Source: a virus (taxonomy: Duplodnaviria; Caudoviricetes). Taken from it: 24,534 nucleotides of DNA. Under the pieces are notes generated by a model that had not been told where the DNA came from, did not search any database, and was given only the letters and a program-made list of their open reading frames with translations. The translations under genes and the position numbers were made by a program. Shown here piece after piece: positions 1 to 7,301 of this stretch. Where the stretch lies: the IMG/VR virus record IMGVR_UViG_3300027819_000050, positions 1-24,534 of that record, one strand, 5' to 3'. Each line of letters begins with the position of its first letter. The stretch's first letter is position 1.

Positions 1-1
1 A

Positions 2-265
2 GATTGTGGACACTACATCAATCGTAAGCACATGGCGACCCGTTACGATGAACAGAACAACAACGGGCAATGTCGAAGCTGCAATCGTTTTGATGAAGGG
101 AATATTCAAGGGTACCGGAAAGGATTGATCGAAAAAATCGGCATTGAGGCGGTTGAACGGCTTGAAATCAAAAAGTTTAACACCTGCAAAATGTCACAAT
201 TTGAGGTTAATTTGCTGACAAAACTATATAAGCAAAAGATTAAATCACTAACTTTGAATCAATGA
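2..265 (+). CDS. ninG: NinG/Rap-family recombination endonuclease (5' truncated by window edge)
   Basis: The frame is open from position 2: DCGHYINRKHMATRYDEQNNNGQCRSCNRFDEGNIQGYRKGLIEKIG matches the NinG pattern D-x-G-H...R-[FY]-D-E-x-N...Q-C-x-x-C-N. Confidence 0.85.
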   Translation, partial: DCGHYINRKHMATRYDEQNNNGQCRSCNRFDEGNIQGYRKGLIEKIGIEAVERLEIKKFNTCKMSQFEVNLLTKLYKQKIKSLTLNQ

Positions 266-438
266 AACATCCAGTAAAACTAATTCAATTTTCAACCGAC
301 AAACCAATTGAGGCCGGTAACATCTATCTCATCCAACAGGGCGATATTAAAAAAGTTGTCTCGAAAGGAAGTCTGGAAAAGATGAATTTGAGCGGTAAAT
401 GGGTAATAATTAAGGAATTTAAAGATCAAATACAATGA
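262..438 (+). CDS. Hypothetical 58-aa protein (not in ORF track)
   Basis: MKHPVKLIQFSTDKPIEAGNIYLIQQGDIKK...KDQIQ; ATGA overlaps at both ends and it fills the gap exactly. Confidence 0.65.
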   Translation: MKHPVKLIQFSTDKPIEAGNIYLIQQGDIKKVVSKGSLEKMNLSGKWVIIKEFKDQIQ

Positions 439-722
439 CACCGAAAGAGAAAGCACAAGAGTTGGTTAAAAATTATTGGGATGTTGTTTTTGATTTTGGC
501 CTTTTTGATTATGGTAAAAGTCGGACGGTTAAATGTGCAATTATCATGGTTAAAGAGATCCTTACTAATTTTGAAGGATTACACAAGCCGGAATACTGTG
601 CTTTTGATGCGATCGGAGATAGAAAATTTACTTTTGAAGGCGAATACGAAACACACATGACTGGTTATGACATGGTTGAATATTGGAACGAAGTTTTAAA
701 CGAACTAAACAAAATGCAATGA
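435..722 (+). CDS. Hypothetical phage protein (MTPKEKAQEL-type)
   Basis: The N-terminal MTPKEKAxEL and C-terminal YWxEVxxEL pattern is common in Bacteroidota phage small proteins; coupled start. Confidence 0.7.
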   Translation: MTPKEKAQELVKNYWDVVFDFGLFDYGKSRTVKCAIIMVKEILTNFEGLHKPEYCAFDAIGDRKFTFEGEYETHMTGYDMVEYWNEVLNELNKMQ

Positions 723-922
723 ATGAGCCAAAGAATATTTATTTGGATATAAGCAACATTGAAGAAGGGGACAATTATCAGGTTGACGCATATTTAACTC
801 CTGATTACGAAGAAGAATACCTTCGTAGATATCTTTCTATTAACCACTTAAAAAACTGGATAAAGAAAAACTATTCCAATGTCTATTTAGATGAACTTTT
901 AATTTTTATCGAGGAATTATGA
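719..922 (+). CDS. Hypothetical acidic protein
   Basis: ORF track 683..922; the likely start is the ATG at 719 (MNEPKN), overlapping the upstream stop as ATGA. Confidence 0.6.
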   Translation: MNEPKNIYLDISNIEEGDNYQVDAYLTPDYEEEYLRRYLSINHLKNWIKKNYSNVYLDELLIFIEEL

Positions 923-1116
923 TCGGCCATTACCGCAAAGCACTTGACAGCCGTATCGCAGCAGGTAAAGTCTATCTCAACAACAAGCAGACTTTAATAA
1001 CCGGCTATGACGAGAAAGAAGGGTGTGCGGTTGTGATTGTTGAGGGCAAAGAGATAATTTTAACAGAAAATGATAATTTATTGATAAATGGACACGAAAG
1101 CAAAAGACCTGATTAA
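919..1116 (+). CDS. Hypothetical protein
   Basis: 65-aa ORF with an ATGA-coupled start. Confidence 0.6.
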   Translation: MIGHYRKALDSRIAAGKVYLNNKQTLITGYDEKEGCAVVIVEGKEIILTENDNLLINGHESKRPD

Positions 1117-1360
1117 GCAGTATTTCGCCTGTACCTGTGATGAGATGTACAAGAGGCGAGAGTTAACCGATCCTACCTGCTTCATTTGTAATAATGAAGA
1201 GGCAATTGAGGACGTTATGACAATCTATGCCAATCAAAAGCTGGTTGAATTTATTAACTGGTACAATGACACTAACAATATCGGTCAGTATATTACAAAT
1301 AGCCGGATCGGACAATTTAATTTAATCCAAAATGAAACGGATACAGCGAAAGAGGACTAA
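1088..1360 (+). CDS. Hypothetical protein with possible Zn-binding motif
   Basis: CTC...DPTCFIC cysteine pattern. Confidence 0.6.
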   Translation: MDTKAKDLIKQYFACTCDEMYKRRELTDPTCFICNNEEAIEDVMTIYANQKLVEFINWYNDTNNIGQYITNSRIGQFNLIQNETDTAKED

Positions 1361-1700
1361 AGGCTTTAGGCTACCGGAAAATACAATTTGCGTTAATCGT
1401 CCGACCAAGTGGGGTAACCCATTGAGGTTAGACGGTGACATGATTATGATCCATGCCGGTTATCGCCGGGCAAATTTAGCTCCGTGGGTATTTTACACAT
1501 TAGGTGATATTGATGATGTATTACACCTTTACGATCTTATTTTGGACGGTATTCAGTTTGTGAATAAAGATCTTCAATATTGGTCGGATCAGTTCAAAAA
1601 GAATGACATCGAAGAGTTGAGAGGTAAGAACGTAGCTTGCTTTTGTAGGTTAGATCAAAAATGTCATGCAGATGTACTACTTAAAAAATTGAACCAATGA
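1332..1700 (+). CDS. DUF4326-family protein
   Basis: RIQRKRTKGFRLP...VNRPTKWGNP at the N-terminus and ELRGKNVACFCRLDQKCHADVL at the C-terminus are the DUF4326 signature motifs. Confidence 0.85.
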   Translation: MKRIQRKRTKGFRLPENTICVNRPTKWGNPLRLDGDMIMIHAGYRRANLAPWVFYTLGDIDDVLHLYDLILDGIQFVNKDLQYWSDQFKKNDIEELRGKNVACFCRLDQKCHADVLLKKLNQ

Positions 1701-1897
1701 GACCAAACAGAGTTGATTGCCAATACTGCAAAAACTTTAAACCGGTAGTTACTAAGGATGACAATCTGATCGGCAAGACACTTGAAAAAGCCAAATGCAA
1801 GCTCGGTAAACGAGTTATGTTCAGGATGCCAACAAGTGATTATCATTGGGATACCGGAGGATATTACAGATATTGCAACGAATATAAAAAACCATGA
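1697..1897 (+). CDS. Small Cys-rich protein
   Basis: CQYC...C...C pattern; ATGA overlap. Confidence 0.6.
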   Translation: MRPNRVDCQYCKNFKPVVTKDDNLIGKTLEKAKCKLGKRVMFRMPTSDYHWDTGGYYRYCNEYKKP

Positions 1898-2001
1898 AAA
1901 CTAAAATACAATACATTCTGTTTTTCACAACTTTATCCGGATTGGTCGGGCTGATCCTGTTTAATGTCTGGAAGTTTGTGAGTGAGATATACGGCCAGTG
2001 A
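1894..2001 (+). CDS. 35-aa single-pass membrane peptide (not in ORF track)
   Basis: MKTKIQYILFFTTLSGLVGLILFNVWKFVSEIYGQ; ATGA overlap with the upstream stop and a hydrophobic core. Confidence 0.5.
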   Translation: MKTKIQYILFFTTLSGLVGLILFNVWKFVSEIYGQ

Positions 2002-2134
2002 CTCCGGTTAATTGTCTACGTTCTTATTCATTAACAAAGCATTTTGCTGGTTGTTTCAAACGCTCCTAGCCCTATGCCGCACAGAAAGATTGACAACCGG
2101 AAAGACGGCGAAAGAGTGGAAGGCTTTTAAAATT

Positions 2135-2698
2135 ATGATACTGATTGAAAAGGGAACGAGATATAATTACCTGATTGACGAAACCGGAACTATTTACCGG
2201 CAATGCAAAAAAGGAATTAAGGAGGTCGAAAAACGCATCGGCCAGCGTGGTTATTGTGAGTTTAAGATGGGAAACAAAACGGTGCTTTATCATCAGATTG
2301 TCGCAAAATATCTGGTTCCAAATCCTAAAAACGGTAACATGGTATTTTTCAGGTCAAAGGATTATTTAGATATTCGACCTGAAAACCTTCGCTGGGTGTG
2401 GAGCAGACAAGGGCAAACATTAACACCTAATCAGGCTATTCAGCGATCAACAGACAGGGACTTAATCGCATATTATCGAACAGGAAACAAAGAGGTTTTA
2501 ACCAGTGTACTGCAAAGAGAAACGGCAAAGATCAACAAACAGTACGCCGGATCGGTTTATTTAATGGCTTACAATTATGCTGAACGTGGTTTACTATTTG
2601 ATATTCAAAAAGATGTAAGATATTTACTTTACGCCCAAATGAAGTATGTGAATAAAAAACGACTTCATACGGTGCAGATTAATGAACGATATTTGTGA
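2135..2698 (+). CDS. Degenerate HNH (NUMOD4/HNH_3-like) protein with a helical C-terminal domain
   Basis: Likely start ATG 2135 (MILIEKG). YLIDETG...GY...YHQIVAKYLVPNPKNGNMVFFRSKDYLDIRPENLRWV parallels the HRLVA..FIPNP....VNH.......NN...NLEW consensus but lacks the catalytic His and Asn. Confidence 0.65.
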   Translation: MILIEKGTRYNYLIDETGTIYRQCKKGIKEVEKRIGQRGYCEFKMGNKTVLYHQIVAKYLVPNPKNGNMVFFRSKDYLDIRPENLRWVWSRQGQTLTPNQAIQRSTDRDLIAYYRTGNKEVLTSVLQRETAKINKQYAGSVYLMAYNYAERGLLFDIQKDVRYLLYAQMKYVNKKRLHTVQINERYL

Positions 2699-2723
2699 GT
2701 GAAGTATTTTTTACATAGCTTTG
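2692..2723 (+). promoter_or_regulatory. Bacteroidota primary-sigma promoter (-33 TTTG / -7 TAGCTTTG)
   Basis: TTTG at 2692-2695, a 20-nt spacer, then TAGCTTTG at 2716-2723: an exact match to TTTG-N19-21-TAnnTTTG. Confidence 0.7.
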
Positions 2724-2729
2724 CGTATT

Positions 2730-3017
2730 ATGACAACCGATAAGATCAAACAGGGAATCTATTCGTACGGAGTTTATCCGGCGTTGATATTGTTGCGAGA
2801 ATTGCAAGATTTAGAAAAATATGAAGATTGTGCAATTTTAAAGAGTGCAATAGATGAGATTTTGCAGGGTAGAGAATATGGACTGACAACCAAAGTTGAT
2901 GATAAATCACTTAAATCGAACTATAAAAAAATTGTGAACTCAATGAATAATGTTTGGTTAATGAAGAATAACATGCCTTATTACATTGATGAATTTAAGA
3001 AGAAGGTTTTAATTTAA
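2730..3017 (+). CDS. Hypothetical protein with UVR-like motif
   Basis: Likely start ATG 2730 (MTTDKIK); EKYEDCAILKSAI resembles the E-x-Y-E-x-A-A-x-L UvrB/UvrC coiled-coil motif. Confidence 0.6.
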   Translation: MTTDKIKQGIYSYGVYPALILLRELQDLEKYEDCAILKSAIDEILQGREYGLTTKVDDKSLKSNYKKIVNSMNNVWLMKNNMPYYIDEFKKKVLI

Positions 3018-3051
3018 AAATCACATGTACGTACTATTTGGATTTATTAAG

Positions 3052-3059
3052 TAATTTTG
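3052..3059 (+). promoter_or_regulatory. Candidate -7 promoter box for terS/terL
   Basis: TAATTTTG in the intergenic AT-rich gap, 5 nt before ATG 3065; no correctly spaced -33 TTTG. Confidence 0.45.
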
Positions 3060-3064
3060 TAGTT

Positions 3065-3556
3065 ATGACAGTACCCAAGGACACAAGAGAAAAGCAATTT
3101 ACTGAGATCCTTTTTAATATTTCAGAGTTTGGTATGTCGTGGAAAAAAGCACTTAAAGGAACGATGTCTTCAAAGGATTTTAACGACATGATTGATTCAG
3201 ATGAAGAAAAACAAAAGCGTTACGTGCGCGCGTGCGAACAGAGAGCAGACTTTTTGGCTGAAGAGGCTATTGATATTTCCGATTGCATTGGAGACGACAC
3301 CATCACAACAGAGGACGGTCGGGTAGTTGAGAATCAAAGAGTAATCAACAGAGACCGGTTAAGAGTTGACACTCGCAAATGGCTGTTGGCAAAATTACAC
3401 CCTAAAAAATACGGCGAAAAAATCAGTCAGGAGTTAACCGGTAAAGACGGGACGGCACTGATACCCAAACAAGAAATAGATTTATCTAAACTTTCAAATG
3501 ATGACCTCAGAAAGCTTATTAAGCTGCAAACTAAAGCAGGAATTGGCACGCCGTAG
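3065..3556 (+). CDS. terS: Terminase small subunit (Sf6-like)
   Basis: RYVRACEQRADFLAEEAIDISD...RDRLRVDTRKWLLAKLHPKKYGEK is the Sf6-type TerS signature; lies directly upstream of terL. Start probably ATG 3065. Confidence 0.9.
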   Translation: MTVPKDTREKQFTEILFNISEFGMSWKKALKGTMSSKDFNDMIDSDEEKQKRYVRACEQRADFLAEEAIDISDCIGDDTITTEDGRVVENQRVINRDRLRVDTRKWLLAKLHPKKYGEKISQELTGKDGTALIPKQEIDLSKLSNDDLRKLIKLQTKAGIGTP

Positions 3557-5900
3557 CTTCTGGGACTTTTGCAATTATTTAGAGCCTGAATTTTACCGAC
3601 CAGAACGGGACCATCTTAAAATCCTTTGCGATACACTTGAAAAGTTCTACTACAATCAACTGTTAAAACCAGACGGGAGCCCGTTTCATAAAATAATGAT
3701 TCGGCTTCCTCCGCAGCACGGGAAACTTTTACCGGCAGATACGCCTATTTTAACGACAATAGGATGGAAAAGCCATGGAGATTTAAAAGTAGGTGATTAT
3801 GTATTTGGTCAGGATGGGAAACCGAAAGCTGTCTTGGGTAATTCTGGACTGTATTTATGGAATGTAGAAAAAATAACCTTCAATGATGGCATTTCTATTT
3901 TAGCATCAAAAGAGCATTTGTGGAATCTTGAAGTTGAATATGATGACCATAAAGGAAGGCGTACTATGATTATGGAAACTCGGGATATATTTAATAAGAG
4001 ACATAGGCGAAGTCCTTATATAACATGCTCTCCGGCCATTGAAACAGAAGAGATTAATCTTCCGATTGATCCCTATTTATTGGGTTGTTGGCTTGGTGAT
4101 GGTGATTCAAGAGATCCATATTTAACGTGTTCTATTAGTGATTCAGATCATTTTTCTTCAATCGGAGACGTGATGAACATAAATAAACGTCCAACAATAA
4201 AAAGAATAAGACTGAATGGTTTGCGGTCAACATTAAAGGAGAATCAGTTAATTAAAAATAAACACATTCCAATGTGCTATTTATTATCTTCAAAAGAGCA
4301 GCGGATGGAGCTATTAAGGGGCTTAATGGACACGGACGGTTGCTGTGACAACAGAGGAAATGCTGAGTTTTGTCAAATGAAAGGAAGATTAGCGGATGAT
4401 GTTTATACGCTACTAAGAACGCTTGGAATTAAAGCAAGAAAAAATGATTATGATGCAAAACTACATGGTAGGAAGGTTGGAATTAAAACAAGGATAACAT
4501 TTACTCCAAATAAATCAGACAGCATTTTTAAACTTCAACGAAAGCAGGAAAGAGTAAATAATAAAACGAATAACGATAGGAATGATAAATTTAAATATTT
4601 CATTAAAAATATTGAAAGTCACGGTTTAGTAATTGGTAATTGTATTGAGGTTGAGGATAGTATGTATTTAGCTGGAGTTGATTTGATTCCAACACACAAC
4701 AGTAGGTCACTGGTCAACTTCACTAAATGGGCACTCGGAAAGAATAACGAAGAGCGAATAATAACCGCTTCACACTCAGACGGGCAGGCTTCGGACTTTT
4801 CCAGATACACCAGGGACGGGATCAGCGAAGTTAAAAACATTGAATCACAGGTGGTTTATTCCGATGTATTCCCGGGAACAAAGATCAAACAGGGGAACGC
4901 TTCATTCCAGAAATGGGCACTGGAAGGCCAGCATTTTAACTATTTGGGTGTAGGCGTCGGCGGTGGGGTGACGGGTAAGGGCGCAACTATTCGCATAATG
5001 GATGACCTGATTAAAGATGCCGAAGTAGCTCTTTCAGATAATGCACTGTCAAAAATTTGGGTTTGGTTGTCCGGTACTTTCTCTTCACGTAACGCAGCCA
5101 TTGGAGGCGATGTAAAGGAGATATTTTGCGCTACTATCTGGGGAGAGCAGGATCCGCAAATGATCTTAGAGACCACTGAGCCTGGCGAATGGTATATCTT
5201 GGCTATGCCTATTTACAATGCTGATACAGATCAGATGCTTTGCCCTGACATGATGAGCAAGGAATCATATCTGAAGTTAAAGCACCGGATGGAAGTTGAC
5301 AGCCGAACAAAAATGATCTTTCAGGCTAATTATCATTGCATTGCTATATCGGATGATGAGACGAAAGTCTTTCCGGTGAGTAGTTTGAAGCGTTATAAGG
5401 ATTTTCCGGTTGATATGGAATACTTTACTATTGCCTTTGCCGACTGTGCTGATGAAGGGCAAGACAATTTCGCCATGCCTATTGCTCGGGTTTACGGTGA
5501 CCGGGTGTATGTTTTTGATGCAATATTTGATCAAAGCAACCTCACGATTCAGGAGGGGCAGGTAGTAAGTAAGGTTAAAGAATGCAACATCAATAATTTA
5601 GTGATCGAATCAAATAGCTTTGGAGCCTACTTTTCCCGGCGAATGCGTGAATTATTGCCTAATATTGAGATTTTTGCCCAGTTTGCCAAAACGAATAAGA
5701 TGGGTCGGATACTGGCAAACGCTGGATTGATTAAATTGTACTTCTATTTTCCTGAAAATCCCAATAGCACACTGCAAAGATTCATCCAACAGGTCACCCA
5801 ATTAATGAAAACCAGCACGAAAAACGATGACGCACCGGATTCTTTGACCGGTATGGTTCAGTACTTAGAGAAATTTAACGGGTTATTCAAGTCTGAATGA
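3498..5900 (+). CDS. terL: Terminase large subunit containing an intein (about 475 aa after splicing)
   Basis: Walker A RLPPQHGK/S is restored on removing the intein; GGGVTGKGA; Walker B IRIMDD; RNase H-like nuclease acidic motifs FADCADEG, IESN and NDDAPDSL. Confidence 0.95.
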   Translation: MMTSESLLSCKLKQELARRSFWDFCNYLEPEFYRPERDHLKILCDTLEKFYYNQLLKPDGSPFHKIMIRLPPQHGKLLPADTPILTTIGWKSHGDLKVGDYVFGQDGKPKAVLGNSGLYLWNVEKITFNDGISILASKEHLWNLEVEYDDHKGRRTMIMETRDIFNKRHRRSPYITCSPAIETEEINLPIDPYLLGCWLGDGDSRDPYLTCSISDSDHFSSIGDVMNINKRPTIKRIRLNGLRSTLKENQLIKNKHIPMCYLLSSKEQRMELLRGLMDTDGCCDNRGNAEFCQMKGRLADDVYTLLRTLGIKARKNDYDAKLHGRKVGIKTRITFTPNKSDSIFKLQRKQERVNNKTNNDRNDKFKYFIKNIESHGLVIGNCIEVEDSMYLAGVDLIPTHNSRSLVNFTKWALGKNNEERIITASHSDGQASDFSRYTRDGISEVKNIESQVVYSDVFPGTKIKQGNASFQKWALEGQHFNYLGVGVGGGVTGKGATIRIMDDLIKDAEVALSDNALSKIWVWLSGTFSSRNAAIGGDVKEIFCATIWGEQDPQMILETTEPGEWYILAMPIYNADTDQMLCPDMMSKESYLKLKHRMEVDSRTKMIFQANYHCIAISDDETKVFPVSSLKRYKDFPVDMEYFTIAFADCADEGQDNFAMPIARVYGDRVYVFDAIFDQSNLTIQEGQVVSKVKECNINNLVIESNSFGAYFSRRMRELLPNIEIFAQFAKTNKMGRILANAGLIKLYFYFPENPNSTLQRFIQQVTQLMKTSTKNDDAPDSLTGMVQYLEKFNGLFKSE
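3726..4700 (+). mobile_element. Class 3 intein (325 aa) with LAGLIDADG homing endonuclease, inserted in the TerL P-loop
   Basis: Begins LLPADTPILT after GK and ends IPTHN before Ser; block B SKEHLW, block F GNCIEV, block G THN (the W-C-T triad); LAGLIDADG motifs PYLLGCWLGDG and LLRGLMDTDG. Confidence 0.9.
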
Positions 5901-5952
5901 TTTATTTTTGAAAATAATCTAAATTAATAGCTACATATACGGATATTATATA

Positions 5953-5960
5953 TATATTTG
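5953..5960 (+). promoter_or_regulatory. Candidate -7 promoter box for the terL-portal insert
   Basis: TATATTTG in AT-rich intergenic DNA 27 nt before ATG 5988, overlapping a (TA)5 run. Confidence 0.45.
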
Positions 5961-5987
5961 TTGGATAAACCACTTAAAAGCGAAACA

Positions 5988-6203
5988 ATGGAAGTACATT
6001 TTATCAAAACATCTGCAAACGGTGATCCTGATGATTTTTTTCAAATAGTAGGAATGGACGTCATCCCGAGAATTGGCGAAACAATTACCTTTGTACCTCA
6101 AAAAAGCGACGAAAATAGCTATATGGTTGAAAGTGTTGATTATTCCATAAAGGATAAAGGGCAATATTGGATCAGGATTTGGATAAGACATATAGAGTCA
6201 TGA
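5988..6203 (+). CDS. Hypothetical protein
   Basis: Likely start ATG 5988 (MEVHFIK); IPRIGETI...YMVESVDY pattern of small beta-barrel phage proteins. Confidence 0.6.
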   Translation: MEVHFIKTSANGDPDDFFQIVGMDVIPRIGETITFVPQKSDENSYMVESVDYSIKDKGQYWIRIWIRHIES

Positions 6204-6517
6204 AACTTTCAAATATTAAAACCAAAACGGAATTTTTTGAGGTTGCTGATATCTGGTATCAACGAACGATTCGATTAATGGAAATCACCAACGATAGTAA
6301 TGAGACGTTGGTACGAAAATGCAAGGCAGCCTATTTGTGTATGATAATGTTTGCAAGAATGTCTAAAGTCTCTCAGATTGCTATTCAAATATCACAACCG
6401 AAACCACCGGATTATATTGCAAATGGTACGGCAATTTTTGGCGAAGGAATCGAAGAGGTAATCAAAGATCGAACGGGGAAAACGATTGCAACGGCAAAAT
6501 TAAACTTTAAGAAATGA
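6200..6517 (+). CDS. Hypothetical protein with a tape-measure-like C-terminal motif
   Basis: Likely start ATG 6200 (ATGA overlap); ISQPKPPDYIANGTAIFGEGIEEVI. Confidence 0.6.
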   Translation: MKLSNIKTKTEFFEVADIWYQRTIRLMEITNDSNETLVRKCKAAYLCMIMFARMSKVSQIAIQISQPKPPDYIANGTAIFGEGIEEVIKDRTGKTIATAKLNFKK

Positions 6518-6729
6518 AAATGATATTTTTAAAAGCAATGGATGACTTCAAGGAAGGAGACGAGCGCAAATTGACCGAGTTTAATTTGAAGTCTGGTCTT
6601 TTTGCTTCAATTACTAAAAACAGCGAAGGTTTCAAGATCAAAGAGAAACGGATATATGATTTAGAGAAACAAGGAATAATAAAATTAGTTGTGTTATTTG
6701 TGTTTTGTCAACCATTGTCGCACTTATAA
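6514..6729 (+). CDS. Hypothetical protein
   Basis: 71-aa ORF with an ATGA-coupled start. Confidence 0.55.
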   Translation: MKMIFLKAMDDFKEGDERKLTEFNLKSGLFASITKNSEGFKIKEKRIYDLEKQGIIKLVVLFVFCQPLSHL

Positions 6730-6739
6730 TCTATTGATT

Positions 6740-7003
6740 ATGAAATACCCAAACATTAAAGCCGCCCACCTCTCCCACACTCAAATTGCTAAAGCGCTTG
6801 GGTATGCGAATGTAAAATCATTTAGAACTTCATCGGCTCATCAAAGGCACATGAGAGGGGTTGAGACCGTTTTGGAACTGGGAATTACAAACCAAACTAT
6901 TCCAGGATTAATGAAAATCGCATTGTCTGGAGGTGGATTTAAACCAGACGGGAAGCCTTGCAAAGTTGACATGATTAAATTACAATTAAACCAAATTAAA
7001 TGA
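6740..7003 (+). CDS. Putative HTH DNA-binding protein
   Basis: Likely start ATG 6740 (MKYPNIK); LSHTQIAKALGYANVKSFR resembles a helix-turn-helix. Confidence 0.55.
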   Translation: MKYPNIKAAHLSHTQIAKALGYANVKSFRTSSAHQRHMRGVETVLELGITNQTIPGLMKIALSGGGFKPDGKPCKVDMIKLQLNQIK

Positions 7004-7209
7004 ACAAAACCAGACGCAAAGTAAAATTTTATGAAGGTGACGGCACTCCCTTTAGATCGGTTAAACCAGGCAGAAACGCTCCCTGTCAATGTGGAAGTGG
7101 AAAGAAACAGAAGTACTGCTGTGGGGCTGAGTCGAAATTATACCATTCAAAACCACCACCAAAAACAGATTTAGAGAAGATGATAGAAGAAAATCAGCCA
7201 GCCGAATAA
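7000..7209 (+). CDS. SEC-C motif (Zn-binding) protein
   Basis: KPGRNAPCQCGSGKKQKYCCG matches SEC-C (GRNxPCxCGSGKKxKxCC). Confidence 0.85.
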   Translation: MNKTRRKVKFYEGDGTPFRSVKPGRNAPCQCGSGKKQKYCCGAESKLYHSKPPPKTDLEKMIEENQPAE

Positions 7210-7221
7210 GCTGGTTTTTTT
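7196..7221 (+). terminator. Intrinsic terminator closing the terL-portal insert
   Basis: Hairpin AGCCAGC-CGAATAA-GCTGGTT running into a T7 tract. Confidence 0.7.
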
Positions 7222-7273
7222 ATGCCTGAAAATAAAAACATGTTAAAAAACATAATTGTAAAACATATTTTTA

Positions 7274-7281
7274 TATATTTG
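7274..7281 (+). promoter_or_regulatory. Candidate -7 box of the head/tail operon promoter
   Basis: TATATTTG(C) just after the terminator and 20 nt before the portal ATG; no canonical -33 element. Confidence 0.55.
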
Positions 7282-7301
7282 CCTAACTAATTCTTACTTG
7301 A

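Noticed and set aside
3218-3240. GC-rich quasi-palindrome TACGTGCGCGCGTGCG in terS as a possible pac site
   Set aside because: It is explained by codons for the conserved YxRA motif; a pac or cos site cannot be identified without read-end data.
5947-5956. (TA)5 run overlapping a promoter box as a slippage switch
   Set aside because: It is too short and there is no evidence of length variation.
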